Source: Candidatus Ozemobacteraceae bacterium (GTDB taxonomy: Bacteria > Muiribacteriota > Ozemobacteria > Ozemobacterales > Ozemobacteraceae). Taken from it: 64,000 nt of DNA. The stretch is from positions 640,001-704,000 of the forward strand of contig OZ223236.1 in assembly GCA_965140445.1 (NCBI GenBank). Direction: 5' to 3'. The position numbers and the translations under genes were made by a program. The notes below the pieces were generated by a model that saw only the letters and a program-made list of their open reading frames with translations, searched no databases and was not told the DNA's origin. Within the stretch, counting starts at the first letter, position 1. Each line of letters opens with the position of its first letter. This document shows positions 26,005 to 37,002 of the stretch, piece by piece.

Positions 26005-27276
26005 ATGACTTCAAATGAAACGATGATTGAAAAAAAAGCTCTTCCCCTATGGAAAAAGATTTTTATTGGATTTGGTTTGGGAATTCTGTTTGGAATCCTA
26101 TTAAAGCTTGGATTTGCCGAATCAGGAGAAACATTTTGTAAGGTATGGATTGCGCCGATTGGGACTCTGTTTTTAAATCTGATTAAAATGCTTATCATTC
26201 CTCTGGTTTTTTCATCTCTGTTTGTTGGCGCAGCAAGCATCGGTGATCCGGCTAAGCTTGGTCGGGTCGGAGCTAAAACCGTTGCTCTTTATCTTTTTAC
26301 AACAATGTTTGCTGTGTTTATTGGTATTTCAGCTTCTTTAATTATAGAGCCTGGAAAGGCTGTTAAAACAATAAAAATACCAGTTGCCAGTGCTTCTGCT
26401 AAAAACACAGAAGCTCCGGGATTGGCAAAAACCTTAATTGAAATTGTGCCACAAAACCCGGTAAAAGCAATGGTTGATACCAGGATTTTGCAGATAATAT
26501 TTTTTGCTTTATTAAGCGGAATTGCTGCGGCATTAAGTGGGGAGAAAGGGAAAAAAGCTATTGAAACAATGGCTTCCTTTGCTGAAGTTGCATATAAGAT
26601 GGTTGAATTGGTTATGCTTACAGCTCCTATAGGAGTTTTTGCTCTCATCGCAACCGCTATCTGCTCCCAGGGAATCAGCATTCTTTCGGGATTGGCAATG
26701 GTTATACTCTGTGCTTACCTTGGCTCTTTAATCCACGGCTTTTTCGTTTATGGTTCTCTTGTGAAAATACTTGGTAAACTTGATTTGCTGACCTTTTTCA
26801 AAGGCATTTTTCCAGCACAGATGCTGGCTTTTTCAACTTGTTCGTCAGCAGGGACTTTACCTGCATCTATGGAGTGTTGCGAAGAAAAGCTTGGAGTCTC
26901 AAGGAGCATTTCTTCTTTTGTCCTACCTCTTGGGGCAACCATTAATATGGATGGAACTTCCCTTTATCAAGGAGTTTGTGCTGTTTTTATCGCTCAAGTT
27001 TATGGAATAGATTTAACTATGGCACAGTTAGGCACAATAATTGTTACAGCTACCTTGGCTTCAATCGGAACCGCAGGAATTCCGGGAGCTGGTGTAATAA
27101 TGCTGGGAATGGTACTGGCTTCAGTTGGCCTTCCATTGGAAGGTGTGGCTATTATTGCCGGAGTAGACAGAATCCTTGATATGGCTCGCACAACATTAAA
27201 CATCACCGGGGACTGTGCTGTTAACTATGTTGTGGCGAAGACTGAAAATGAAATTCAGCCGGTTAAAATGGACTAG
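26005..27276 (+). CDS. Dicarboxylate/amino acid:cation symporter (DAACS, GltP-like)
   Basis: AFSTCSSAGTLP, GATINMDGT and DRILDMART motifs. Confidence 0.93.
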   Translation: MTSNETMIEKKALPLWKKIFIGFGLGILFGILLKLGFAESGETFCKVWIAPIGTLFLNLIKMLIIPLVFSSLFVGAASIGDPAKLGRVGAKTVALYLFTTMFAVFIGISASLIIEPGKAVKTIKIPVASASAKNTEAPGLAKTLIEIVPQNPVKAMVDTRILQIIFFALLSGIAAALSGEKGKKAIETMASFAEVAYKMVELVMLTAPIGVFALIATAICSQGISILSGLAMVILCAYLGSLIHGFFVYGSLVKILGKLDLLTFFKGIFPAQMLAFSTCSSAGTLPASMECCEEKLGVSRSISSFVLPLGATINMDGTSLYQGVCAVFIAQVYGIDLTMAQLGTIIVTATLASIGTAGIPGAGVIMLGMVLASVGLPLEGVAIIAGVDRILDMARTTLNITGDCAVNYVVAKTENEIQPVKMD

Positions 27277-27287
27277 AATGTTATTTC

Positions 27288-28079
27288 TTATTTATGCAGA
27301 AGCATAAGCTTTTCGACTGCCATATTTATTATTTCAATAAAGATTAAAATAATAATAATCCATTCTAATAGTGAGCTATGGGCGTGATTGGATACATCCA
27401 TGAAGAGATCCAGGTTCTCTTTTATGATGCTCAGGTTTTCCTGAACGCTCTTATATCTAAGTTTTACATCTAATTCTCTACTGAGATCTTCGTCTATTTT
27501 ATTTAGCTCCTGATCTTCCCATGCAATTTGCGGTGAATCAAAAATGTATAAATTTTCAGCAATACTGTTTTTCAGGTTTAAAGCTCTTCCAAGGTATTTT
27601 AATAGTTTTTTTCCCTTAAGGTTGAGTTTTCCAATATTTTCAAGCTCGTTTGTATATTCTCTTGTTTCACTTAAGAGAGCTTCTGTGTGCTTTGTATAGA
27701 AGTCCATAGCCACAGACTGGGCTAGATTTAACATTATTACCTGTGCTGTATTTATGTTAAATCTTTTTAAAATCAGCTTGTTGAATAGAGCTTGATAGTC
27801 TTTCTGAGGATCTATCTCTATGTCGAAAACTTCTATTTCTGGTTCCTGAGCGGGAATATCCAAAATTTCTCGAATACTCTGAAGTATAGAAATCTGTTCT
27901 CCCTGAGGTACATCCATGAAAACAACGCTGCCATAGTTAAGTATGTAAATTAACCCGGAATCTTCGGTTTTATAAAAGACTTCAGTTTGGTCATGATGCA
28001 AAGTTTCATATACCAGTGTGTTTTTTAAACGTTTTATATCTATTTTTTTTCCAATATGATAGCCATAAACCTTTTTCAT
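27288..28079 (-). CDS. RMD1 / DUF155 family protein
   Basis: YGSVVF, LAQSV, DSP..W and LEWIIIILI motifs. Confidence 0.88.
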   Translation of the reverse strand: MKKVYGYHIGKKIDIKRLKNTLVYETLHHDQTEVFYKTEDSGLIYILNYGSVVFMDVPQGEQISILQSIREILDIPAQEPEIEVFDIEIDPQKDYQALFNKLILKRFNINTAQVIMLNLAQSVAMDFYTKHTEALLSETREYTNELENIGKLNLKGKKLLKYLGRALNLKNSIAENLYIFDSPQIAWEDQELNKIDEDLSRELDVKLRYKSVQENLSIIKENLDLFMDVSNHAHSSLLEWIIIILIFIEIINMAVEKLMLLHK

Positions 28080-28330
28080 AGTTGATTCCTGAGTAAAATT
28101 TTCGAACTTTGATTAACTTTTTAAGTTTAATCAAATAATATATGCATAGAAGCAGGATTATAACATCAAAACAGTAGGAAATCCTGCTGTTAATTTTCTA
28201 ATCTATGGCCTGATACAAAGATTTTTTGTTAACTTAACTGAACAAAATTTGGAGTGATGTCAAATTTTTATGAGACTGTTATAATACAGCTAAGACAATT
28301 TCTTCGGTAAAAGCTCAAATGGGGACGAAA

Positions 28331-30010
28331 ATGAAAAGACTTATTCTTGTTACTACTTTGGTATTGGTCTCTTTTGCTGCGGCAGTAAGCGGGAAAAGTT
28401 TCAGGGCTGAGATTAATGAAATTTATCCTTACAATTTCCCAAAAATTGAGGTGACAGTTAAGATTGTTACCCAGTCTAAAGAGCAGCCGGTTGCCGAGAA
28501 TTTTAAGTTGGAAGAAGAACCATACCAGATTGCAACTTTTACCTTTGCTCCAAAGCAACAGGAGCATTACCTGATGATGCTTATTGACAGGTCTTCCAGT
28601 ATTGAATCTGATATGCCAAAAATAAAGAAAGCTGCTGCGTTGTTTGCCGAAAAAATGGTTAAAAATGCCCAGATTGCAGTCATGTCATTTGGTAGCGATA
28701 TTGATTTTAATCAGCAGTTTACCCAGGATTTTCCAAAAATTCTGAAGGCAATTAAATTAATCCGTCCCTGGGGAGGCACATCTCTGTATGATGGCTTGTA
28801 TCAGGCTTGTGATGAACTTGAAATCAAAGCTGGGAGAGATAATCTTAAAACAATTGTTTGTTTAACTGATGGGCGCGATTCCACTCCAAGCGGGCAAACT
28901 TCCTTGTCCATAAAGTCTTCAGATGAGGTTATTGAAGTTGCCTTGCGCAAAAATGTTCGCATTATTACTGTCAGCATGGGTGAAGATCGAAGCGCGGACC
29001 CAATTTTAAAGAGTTTCGCACGAAAAACCAAGGGATGGTGCTTTCAGGCTCGCTCAGCTGATCAGCTTGAGAGTCTATACCTGGGAATCAGTAAGCGAAT
29101 GCTTCTGGAAAAGTATTATAGGATTTCTTATGAAAGTCCTGATCCAGAGCTCAATGGAACCTTAAGAAAGATTAAACTTCAAACAAACTTTAATGGCGAA
29201 TTCTTTGGTCACAGTCATGGTTACAGAGCTCCCACCAAATCGGAAAAAAATACCAGGCAGGTTGCTTCCCCTTCCAGAAAAGGCAAAGTACCTTTTACTG
29301 TTCAAACGACTTTTCTTGATTTAAAGTCTTATAAGTCTGATAACCCCGCGCTTGACGGGAAAATTGAACCTCCGGCTTCAAAACTTTTAATGGGATTGAG
29401 TAGTGCCGCTTTCTCTGAGCTAATGCCAGAGGAGATTGCCAAATTGATTAATCATTACAAAGAAAAGATCGGGAAGTCACATGCAGCCGATTTAGATCAG
29501 AAAAACGCATATTTGAAAATGTTCTCCTCATACTTGAACCTCTTATTTCAGGAAAATGAAGCTTATTCCAATAAAAGCGGCTTAACAACTTTCGATTATG
29601 AAAAAATAGAGTTTCGTCGCGGCTTGTTAAATTTGAGATTTGAGCAAATAGAGCTTTATCGGAAGAAATATTATGATGTTTATCTGGCGAAACATGGTGC
29701 CGTGATGGGAGAACTTGATTTTCAATATGCTCAATATGTACAGGAACAAAAAATTCCTGAAGAGAAATGGAAAAGCATCAGAATGAGTGAAAAGGCTAAT
29801 ATTGATGAGATAGAAGCCAAATTTAAGGCAAGTCTGGCAAAGTTTGAAAGTAAAAAAGCAGAGTTTTTGGCAAAATATGCCGTAGAAGAAACAACAGAGT
29901 CTTCGGTTGAAGCAAAAAGAAAAAACTCTAACAACTCAGAACCACTGGAGAGAGGTAAAAAGCCCAGAAAGTGGCGAGAGCTTTTTCCTGATATAGATTC
30001 TCTCGAATAA
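28331..30010 (+). CDS. Secreted VWA-domain protein with helical C-terminus
   Basis: MIDAS DRSSS, GGTSLYD and LTDG; signal peptide. Confidence 0.85.
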   Translation: MKRLILVTTLVLVSFAAAVSGKSFRAEINEIYPYNFPKIEVTVKIVTQSKEQPVAENFKLEEEPYQIATFTFAPKQQEHYLMMLIDRSSSIESDMPKIKKAAALFAEKMVKNAQIAVMSFGSDIDFNQQFTQDFPKILKAIKLIRPWGGTSLYDGLYQACDELEIKAGRDNLKTIVCLTDGRDSTPSGQTSLSIKSSDEVIEVALRKNVRIITVSMGEDRSADPILKSFARKTKGWCFQARSADQLESLYLGISKRMLLEKYYRISYESPDPELNGTLRKIKLQTNFNGEFFGHSHGYRAPTKSEKNTRQVASPSRKGKVPFTVQTTFLDLKSYKSDNPALDGKIEPPASKLLMGLSSAAFSELMPEEIAKLINHYKEKIGKSHAADLDQKNAYLKMFSSYLNLLFQENEAYSNKSGLTTFDYEKIEFRRGLLNLRFEQIELYRKKYYDVYLAKHGAVMGELDFQYAQYVQEQKIPEEKWKSIRMSEKANIDEIEAKFKASLAKFESKKAEFLAKYAVEETTESSVEAKRKNSNNSEPLERGKKPRKWRELFPDIDSLE

Positions 30011-30181
30011 GCATAAAAGAAGATTTATATCTTATTAAGCTTTGCGATTTAATTGCGTATCCTCCCCCAAAAATAGAAATTTAGCTTGTTTTAGTATATA
30101 ATTTAGTAAAACACCATAAATATAAAGAATTAACTACCGCATTATATCTAGAGGAACTTCGGCTTGAATGTCAGGTGATTA

Positions 30182-32689
30182 ATGCATCTTATTGAACTCG
30201 TTAACAATGTAACCTTACTGCTGGCCCTTTCAATGATTTATATACTATTAATCAAGAAAGTTGAGCTTGACAGCAAAGCTTGCAGCATATTTCTCGGAAC
30301 TTTATTTGGGATTTTTACCATTTTTGGAATGCTAAATCCGGTGAATTTTCTTCCCGGAATCTTTTTTGATGGACGTTCCATTCTTTTGAGCGCTGGAGCT
30401 TTCATTGGAGGACCTTTGGCAGCGACAATCTCTGCAGCCATAGCCGGTATTTTTCGTTTTTACATTGGAGGAGAGGGCAGATGGGTTGGTGTACTTGTTG
30501 TTTTAACATCTTCTGTCATAGGTGTGATCGCTCACAGGTATAGGGCAAAAAAGGTAAGCAGAGTTACTACTTTCGAGTTGTATATTTTTGGTCTTCTTGT
30601 GCACGTGACAATGATTCTTTGTATGCTCGCATTGCCAGGAAATAGTTCTACCCAAGTATTGCGCAATATGGCATTGCCAATACTGATAATTTTCCCCATT
30701 GGAACTTTTATTCTAACAATGGCTTTAATAGAACTTAAGAAGAATCTTATGATCGAAAAAGAGCTTGAGGAAAGTCACAAGTTTTATTTAAGCATTATTG
30801 ATAATTGTAAGACCATAATTTATGCAACCGACCTTGAGGGCAATTTTATTTTGGCAAATGCCGAACTTCTAAAGACTCTAAAACGTAATAGAGAGGATGT
30901 TATTGGTTGCCCAAGAAAACACTTGTTTTCTCCAGATGAGGTTGAAAAACAGGAGTTGAATGATCAAAAGGTAATTAAGGCAGAAGATTCGATACTTGTT
31001 GAAGAGAAATGTATTTTTGGGGACAAAGCAAGTTCGCATATTAGCGTAAAGTTTCCATTAAAAGATGATAAGGGGCGGATTACCGCTATTGGAGCTATCT
31101 CTACAGATGTAAGCGAATGGAAAGAAGCTCAGGAAGAACTTGACCGAACTAGGAAACTTTTTGCTACTGCGTTTGACTTCGCACCAATTGGAATGGCCAT
31201 TGTGAAATTAGATGGCGTAATTCATAAAGCGAATAAAATATTTTGCAAAATATTGGAATACTCTGAAGCAGATATACTTAAGATGAATTTTCGCGATTTT
31301 ACCCATCCTGATGATATGGGTTCGAGTTTAGAAAATGTCAAAAAAATGCTTAATGGCGATTATGCAAGATTCTCCATGGAAAAAAAATATGTGAGCAGGT
31401 CTGGGCAGACCATTCATTCTCATACTTCTGCTTCTGTTCTTAGAAACGACCTTGGTGAGCCTCAATACTTTTTTGTTCAGATTATTGATATTACTCAGCG
31501 TAAGATTTTGCAGGAACGTTTACAGCAGTCCCAAAAACTTGAATCTTTGGGAAATCTTGCTGGTGGAATTGCCCATGATTTCAATAATATTCTTGCATCA
31601 ATTGTTGGCTTTTCTGAGTTGGTAAAACAGGATTTGTCAGAATCTCACCCAGCTTTTCCAAGTATTGAGGCTGTATTAAAATCATCTTCGCGGGCCAAAG
31701 AATTGGTTAAACGAATTCTATTGTTTGCGCGGAAAACTGAAGAAATAAAACAACCTCTTGATTTGGCTCGGCAGATAAAAGAAACCTTAGCTATGCTCAG
31801 ACCTACTATCCCTTCTTCTATTGCCATTGATTGTTCAGCAGAAGAGAGAATTACAATTTTTAGCAATCCTTCTCAAATAAATCAGATATTGATAAACCTT
31901 ATTACCAATGCCTCTCATGCTATTGGAAGCGATGTTGGAAGAATCTCAATTACGCTTACTCGCGCTGAATCAAAAGAAGTCAATGAACTGGAGCATTTGA
32001 AACTAAAATTCGGTAAATACGTAAAGCTGGTTGTAAAGGATTCTGGAAAAGGTATTCCTGAGGAGATTCAAAAGAAAATTTTTGAACCCTATTATTCAAC
32101 CAAAACCCCTGAATCTGGAACTGGACTTGGGTTGTCTGTTGTGCACGGGCTTGTAGCTGAGGCCAGGGGAAGTATTTTTGTTGAAAGCGCTCCAGGCTCT
32201 GGAACATCTTTCATTTTATACTTTCCTGAATATGCCGACGAACAATTAGAGCATAAACCAGAAAAAACTTTGGCTCTTTGTGGTACTGAGCATATCATTT
32301 TGATTGATGACGAAGACATGATTATTACTTCATTTTCTTTGATTTTGCAGAGTTTTGGTTATCAGGTGTCGTCTTTTCATGATCCTGAAGAAGCTTTAGA
32401 AGCTTTTGCAAAAAGCCCCGATTCTTTTGATCTGGTTATTTCAGATATGACCATGCCCAAAATAACCGGAGATATTTTGGCTCAGAAAATGCTTAACATT
32501 AGAAAAGACATCCCAATAATTATTTGCACAGGATTTAGTCAGAAACTCACAGAAGAAAAAGCCACAGAGATTGGTATCGAAAAACTAATTTTTAAGCCTC
32601 TTACCGGGGTAGACCTTTCTGTTGCAGTAAGAGAAGTTTTGGATTCCAGGAAGAAAACTGGGGAAACTGAAAAAAGCACTCAAATCTAA
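30182..32689 (+). CDS. Hybrid histidine kinase (5TMR-LYT, 2 PAS, HisKA, HATPase, REC)
   Basis: FFDGRS, GGIAHDFNN, NLITNA, GTGLGL and ISDMTMP motifs. Confidence 0.93.
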   Translation: MHLIELVNNVTLLLALSMIYILLIKKVELDSKACSIFLGTLFGIFTIFGMLNPVNFLPGIFFDGRSILLSAGAFIGGPLAATISAAIAGIFRFYIGGEGRWVGVLVVLTSSVIGVIAHRYRAKKVSRVTTFELYIFGLLVHVTMILCMLALPGNSSTQVLRNMALPILIIFPIGTFILTMALIELKKNLMIEKELEESHKFYLSIIDNCKTIIYATDLEGNFILANAELLKTLKRNREDVIGCPRKHLFSPDEVEKQELNDQKVIKAEDSILVEEKCIFGDKASSHISVKFPLKDDKGRITAIGAISTDVSEWKEAQEELDRTRKLFATAFDFAPIGMAIVKLDGVIHKANKIFCKILEYSEADILKMNFRDFTHPDDMGSSLENVKKMLNGDYARFSMEKKYVSRSGQTIHSHTSASVLRNDLGEPQYFFVQIIDITQRKILQERLQQSQKLESLGNLAGGIAHDFNNILASIVGFSELVKQDLSESHPAFPSIEAVLKSSSRAKELVKRILLFARKTEEIKQPLDLARQIKETLAMLRPTIPSSIAIDCSAEERITIFSNPSQINQILINLITNASHAIGSDVGRISITLTRAESKEVNELEHLKLKFGKYVKLVVKDSGKGIPEEIQKKIFEPYYSTKTPESGTGLGLSVVHGLVAEARGSIFVESAPGSGTSFILYFPEYADEQLEHKPEKTLALCGTEHIILIDDEDMIITSFSLILQSFGYQVSSFHDPEEALEAFAKSPDSFDLVISDMTMPKITGDILAQKMLNIRKDIPIIICTGFSQKLTEEKATEIGIEKLIFKPLTGVDLSVAVREVLDSRKKTGETEKSTQI

Positions 32690-32748
32690 AATTTGCTTGA
32701 AGATTAGAATGCCTTTTAATTCTGAAATTTTGTAAAAGTTAAATCATA

Positions 32749-34407
32749 TTAAGGTAAATCCTTTTGGTCCAATCTGTTTTTAAGCACAAGAGTTGAGTCA
32801 GCTATTTTTTCGACAAAATATCTATCGTGTGAAACAAAAATTATTGTTCCGGTGAAAATTGTTAGAGCATCTTCAAGGGCCTCTCTTGCCGTAATCTCCA
32901 GGTGATTTGTCGGCTCATCAAGTAAAAGAATCTCAGGTTCAGCAAAAAGAATTTTTGCAAGTGCTGTTTTGCTTTTTTCTCCGATACTCATAGTTGAGAT
33001 TTTTTGCATTGCTTTATCTTTTTCAAGTTTTAAACAGCCCATAATTATCCTGGCCCTTGTTTGTTCTTTGTAATTTCCTTGAAGAACTTCATCAATGGCT
33101 GCTTCATCTTGATTTAAATGCTCAAACTCTTGAGAGTAATAACCAATTTTAGCAAATGAATCCCAGGCAAAATTTCCAGAATCTGGTTTAAGGTTGCCAT
33201 TTAAAATTTTTAAAAGAGTTGTTTTTCCAGAGCCATTTGGCCCGCAAATCGCCAGCTTTTGTCCTGATTCCACTGCGAAATCAAGATTTTGGAATAGATT
33301 ATTTTCCCCAAATGACTTGCTCAGATTTTCTATTTTCAAGGCAAATCGTTTTCGAGAAACTTTCTCTTTAAAAGAGATTTTTCTTTCCTTTTCGATGAAA
33401 ACCTTATTTTCTTCTGCTGTTTTTATTTCACGAGCAAGCCTTTTTTCAATTGCATTTGCTGCTCTTTGCTTGTTTTGAGTTCTTAAGGCTGCTTTCCCGG
33501 AGCCATCATCGGCTTTGCACACTTTACCATTTTTGCCTATGTCTCTTTTACGAGTAAAGTTTTCCATTTTGTTTGCTTCGGTTCTTTGCTGCCCAGCGGC
33601 CTGTTTAAGGCGGTGAATTTCTTTTTTCTTTTGTTCATTTAACAAAACTTGTCGGGCCAGCTCTTTGGCTTTTGAATCTTTGAAAAAACTGTAATTTCCA
33701 CTATATACATTTATCCTGGTATTTTTTATTTCCCATATCTGATTTACCGTGTTATCAAGGAAGCGCCTATCGTGACTGATGATCACAAAGGGGATTTTTG
33801 ACCTTTTCAGGTAGTTTTCCAGCCACTCGAGCGAAGCCAGGTCCAGATGATTAGTTGGCTCATCGAATAAAAGCAAATCAGGCTCATTAATTAGTATTCT
33901 CGAAAGTGCAAGACGGGTTTTCTCCCCACCACTGAAGCTTTCAAAACTTCTTAAAAGCACGTCTGGCGGAAATCCGAATTCGGCTGCAGTTTTTTCCAGG
34001 ATGGCCTCTTTGTGAAATCCGTTTTTTTCTTGAAAGGCTCCGTATAGCTCTGCAAGCTTAATTCCATTATCGCTGGCTGGAGAGTTTTCCAGCATTTCAA
34101 TTTCAGACTTTAATTTTTGCAGTTCTGGATTAAATGACCATAGAAAATGGTATGCAGAAATTTGTGTTTCAACGTTTTGTTCCTGGGCAAGACTTGCGAT
34201 ACAGCACTTCTTATGAAAACTTAGATTCCCTGTGAAATTTTGAAGTTCGCCAGAAATAATTCGGAAAAGAGTGGTTTTCCCGCAACCATTTTGTCCGATC
34301 AAACCAATTTTGCTATCCGGGTTGATCGCAAAATCGATTTCGCAAAGAATTTGTTGAGAAGTTGATGGATACGTAAAAGAAATAGATTTACCTGTCACTA
34401 AAGACAT
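32749..34407 (-). CDS. ABC-F ATPase, probable antibiotic-resistance (VmlR/Vga/Msr-like) type
   Basis: Two ABC domains (GQNGCGKT/FSGGE/DEPTNHLD and GPNGSGKT/MSIGE/DEPTNHL), no TM, extended interdomain linker, no C-terminal extension. Confidence 0.85.
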   Translation of the reverse strand: MSLVTGKSISFTYPSTSQQILCEIDFAINPDSKIGLIGQNGCGKTTLFRIISGELQNFTGNLSFHKKCCIASLAQEQNVETQISAYHFLWSFNPELQKLKSEIEMLENSPASDNGIKLAELYGAFQEKNGFHKEAILEKTAAEFGFPPDVLLRSFESFSGGEKTRLALSRILINEPDLLLFDEPTNHLDLASLEWLENYLKRSKIPFVIISHDRRFLDNTVNQIWEIKNTRINVYSGNYSFFKDSKAKELARQVLLNEQKKKEIHRLKQAAGQQRTEANKMENFTRKRDIGKNGKVCKADDGSGKAALRTQNKQRAANAIEKRLAREIKTAEENKVFIEKERKISFKEKVSRKRFALKIENLSKSFGENNLFQNLDFAVESGQKLAICGPNGSGKTTLLKILNGNLKPDSGNFAWDSFAKIGYYSQEFEHLNQDEAAIDEVLQGNYKEQTRARIIMGCLKLEKDKAMQKISTMSIGEKSKTALAKILFAEPEILLLDEPTNHLEITAREALEDALTIFTGTIIFVSHDRYFVEKIADSTLVLKNRLDQKDLP

Positions 34408-34408
34408 A

Positions 34409-34488
34409 ACTGACCTCCTGAAAAGAGAGAGCCCTTTTAAAATAGGCTGGAAAAAAAGTTTTCAGATGTAAAGTCAGTCAATTTTCAT
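34409..34488 (-). promoter_or_regulatory. Leader with uORF MKID and SD-sequestering hairpin
   Basis: ATG AAA ATT GAC TGA at 34488-34474; actgacttt..ctgaaaa pairs with ttttcaggaggtcagt, covering the AGGAGG SD. Confidence 0.65.
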
Positions 34489-34623
34489 TTCTTATTCAGG
34501 CACTTCCTTGTTTGATTTTTTTATTTTAGCAAAAAGCATAATCTTCATGCAAGTTGATTATTTATTGATGCAAAATCTTGATTATAAAGCTAAACTTGAC
34601 TGAGAAATACTTTGGAGTGGTAT

Positions 34624-34884
34624 ATGAAAAAACTTATAATTCTATTTGCTTTAACCTTAATTACTGGCTGTGGTAGTGAAAAAGCCCCTGAAAAAACAGA
34701 AGCGGCCAAAACTCCTAAAAAGCCTATGACTAAAATGGAGAAGCTGAAAAAGAAAGCTGAGTTTACAAAAGCTGCGAGTATGGTTGGATATGACGGAAAG
34801 CAGATAAATAAAGATCTCAATAAATTTCTGGATGCTACGCAAAAGCAGAATGATGACTTTAAAAAAGCCTTGGATGGCTTGTAA
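34624..34884 (+). CDS. Small lipoprotein
   Basis: MKKLIILFALTLITG-C lipobox; GGAG SD. Confidence 0.8.
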   Translation: MKKLIILFALTLITGCGSEKAPEKTEAAKTPKKPMTKMEKLKKKAEFTKAASMVGYDGKQINKDLNKFLDATQKQNDDFKKALDGL

Positions 34885-34929
34885 AAAGTTTTTATCTAAA
34901 AACATTCGGAAACAATTTTCCTAAAAAGA

Positions 34930-34977
34930 AACTGCCCCTTAACAAATCTAAGGTTTGTTAAGGGGCAGTTATTTTTT
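34930..34977. terminator. Bidirectional terminator
   Basis: aactgccccttaacaaa...tttgttaaggggcagtt between convergent genes. Confidence 0.85.
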
Positions 34978-37002
34978 TTACTTAAGGTATTTTTTCCACC
35001 AGCTGACAATTTGATCCAGTCGATGAATTCTAAGATCTGCAGGACCGCCTCGACTCATGCCGTGGCTGGTATTTCGTGGATAGCGCACAAATCTTGTTGG
35101 GACCTTCCTCAATTTTAGAATAGTAAAGACCTGTTCAGCCTGCTCAATGTTACATCTCAAATCGCCTTCACTATGAATAATGAGGGTCGGAGTTTTAACA
35201 TTACCGAAATATTTTATTGGCGACTGATTCCAGTATGTTTCGATGTCATCCCAGGTGTTGCCTTTCCAATAAGAGTTTGGAAGGGTTGCAAAGTCACTGC
35301 TTCCCATCATACTCACCATGTTGGCTACACATCTATCTGTGATTGCACCGGCGAATTCGTCAGTGTGTCCAATTGCCCAGTTTGTCATGTATCCGCCATA
35401 ACTTCCGCCCATGACACCCATTTTTTTGGTATCAACAAACTTTTGCTTTTTCATAAAGTCTTTTACGGCAAGTATGTCAGTCCAGTCATTGTTACCCCAA
35501 TCTCCAGCGATTGCATGACAATGTGCTTCTCCGTAGCCTTTACTTCCGCGTGGATTGCTGAAAAATACTGCATAGCCTTCTGCTGCCAAAACCTGAAATT
35601 CATGAAAGAAGCTGTTGCCATAAAGGGCGTGTGGGCCACCATGAATTTCCAACACTGCAGGGTATTTTTTTCCGGCTTTAAAATCTACTGGTTTCATAAC
35701 CCATACATGAACTTTATTTCCGTCTGGAGTGGTTATGTATGTGTCTTCAGGCTTGGACAAATTGAGACTTTTTATTAATTTTTCGTTAAAAGAAGTCAGT
35801 TTTTTAAGACTGATTTTTGCTTTTTCAACGGAGCCAATGAACAAATCGCCTGGGTTCATCAGGTCACCGTGAATAACCGGGAGGTTTTTTCCATCCTTAC
35901 TGAAGTTAGAAAGAGAGAATTGCCCTTTTCCTGAGGTAAGAGTTTCAAATTTTCCACCAGAAGCTTTTATTCGATAAATGTGCTTATCACCGTGCCAACC
36001 AAAATTCGAATAAATGTATTTTGAATCATTTGACCAGACAATGTTTGAGCCAAATTTTGCTTCTGCTATATCTCCGATTGTTGTGGCGCCCATGCAGTAA
36101 TCTTCTTTTTCGCTCAAGGGGGTAATTGATTTTTTGGCTATGTCATAAATATATAGATGCTCGTTTTTGGAAGCCCAGCCTGGAACTTTTCCCATTCTTG
36201 CTACAAAGGCAATTTTTTTCCCATCTGGTGACCAGCTCATTGCGCTTAAACTACAATCCTTCTGATTTGGAAGGAGAGTTTCTTTGCCTGTTTTTGGGTC
36301 AAGAATGTACATTCTATCTTTCCATGGCTCTAACATTGGGTTTTTGCTGAGGTTTGCATGTATCAGCATCTTTTTTCCATCTGGCGACCAATCAAATGAA
36401 TGGGTGCCGGTTTTATCTTTATTGAAAAGTAGTTTATGCTCGCCTGTTTCTGTGTCTAGAAGATAAAGGTGAAAGCGCTGTCCATTAAAGTAGCCATCAC
36501 CATCCATTCGGTAAAAAATGCTGTCAATAACCATTGGTGGCGTGCTCAGCCCTTTTTCTTTTCTTTCTGCTTCGGCTTTTTTTGTGAGATTATCTTCGGT
36601 CGGTCTAAAAATAAGTCCCACTTTCTTGCTGTCTGGTGACCATTTAAATCCGCCAATTGCTCCTTCCGGGAACTTGCTGCAAGCTTTGGCTTCACCGCCA
36701 GTGGTAGGGATGATATAAAGCTGAGACTGACCTTCTTCGCGACCACTTAGGAAAGCTATTTTGCTGCCATCAGGTGACCAACGACCACTTCCGTCCTTGT
36801 TTCCGGAGGTAAACTGAACAGTTTCACCTTTTTCAAGGTCACTTATCCATAAGTTTTTTACACTTTTATTTTTTTCGTTGATATGCGATCTGGTAAAAAG
36901 GATCTTTTTTCCATCTGGAGATATTTGAGCATCCCCGGGGTTAATAAAGGATTTTAGATCTTCCTTTGTAATTTTTCTTGTTTTTGTTGATTTAGTTGCC
37001 AT
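34978..37002 (-). CDS. S9 family peptidase (acylaminoacyl peptidase, YuxL-like)
   Basis: WSPDG beta-propeller repeats; HGGP, GGSYGG, EGDLRC and SHG catalytic motifs. Confidence 0.93.
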   Translation of the reverse strand: MATKSTKTRKITKEDLKSFINPGDAQISPDGKKILFTRSHINEKNKSVKNLWISDLEKGETVQFTSGNKDGSGRWSPDGSKIAFLSGREEGQSQLYIIPTTGGEAKACSKFPEGAIGGFKWSPDSKKVGLIFRPTEDNLTKKAEAERKEKGLSTPPMVIDSIFYRMDGDGYFNGQRFHLYLLDTETGEHKLLFNKDKTGTHSFDWSPDGKKMLIHANLSKNPMLEPWKDRMYILDPKTGKETLLPNQKDCSLSAMSWSPDGKKIAFVARMGKVPGWASKNEHLYIYDIAKKSITPLSEKEDYCMGATTIGDIAEAKFGSNIVWSNDSKYIYSNFGWHGDKHIYRIKASGGKFETLTSGKGQFSLSNFSKDGKNLPVIHGDLMNPGDLFIGSVEKAKISLKKLTSFNEKLIKSLNLSKPEDTYITTPDGNKVHVWVMKPVDFKAGKKYPAVLEIHGGPHALYGNSFFHEFQVLAAEGYAVFFSNPRGSKGYGEAHCHAIAGDWGNNDWTDILAVKDFMKKQKFVDTKKMGVMGGSYGGYMTNWAIGHTDEFAGAITDRCVANMVSMMGSSDFATLPNSYWKGNTWDDIETYWNQSPIKYFGNVKTPTLIIHSEGDLRCNIEQAEQVFTILKLRKVPTRFVRYPRNTSHGMSRGGPADLRIHRLDQIVSWWKKYLK

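Noticed and set aside
27735..27762. ttatgttaaat as the XerD arm of a dif site
   Set aside because: Lies inside the RMD1 CDS and has no XerC arm at 6-bp spacing.
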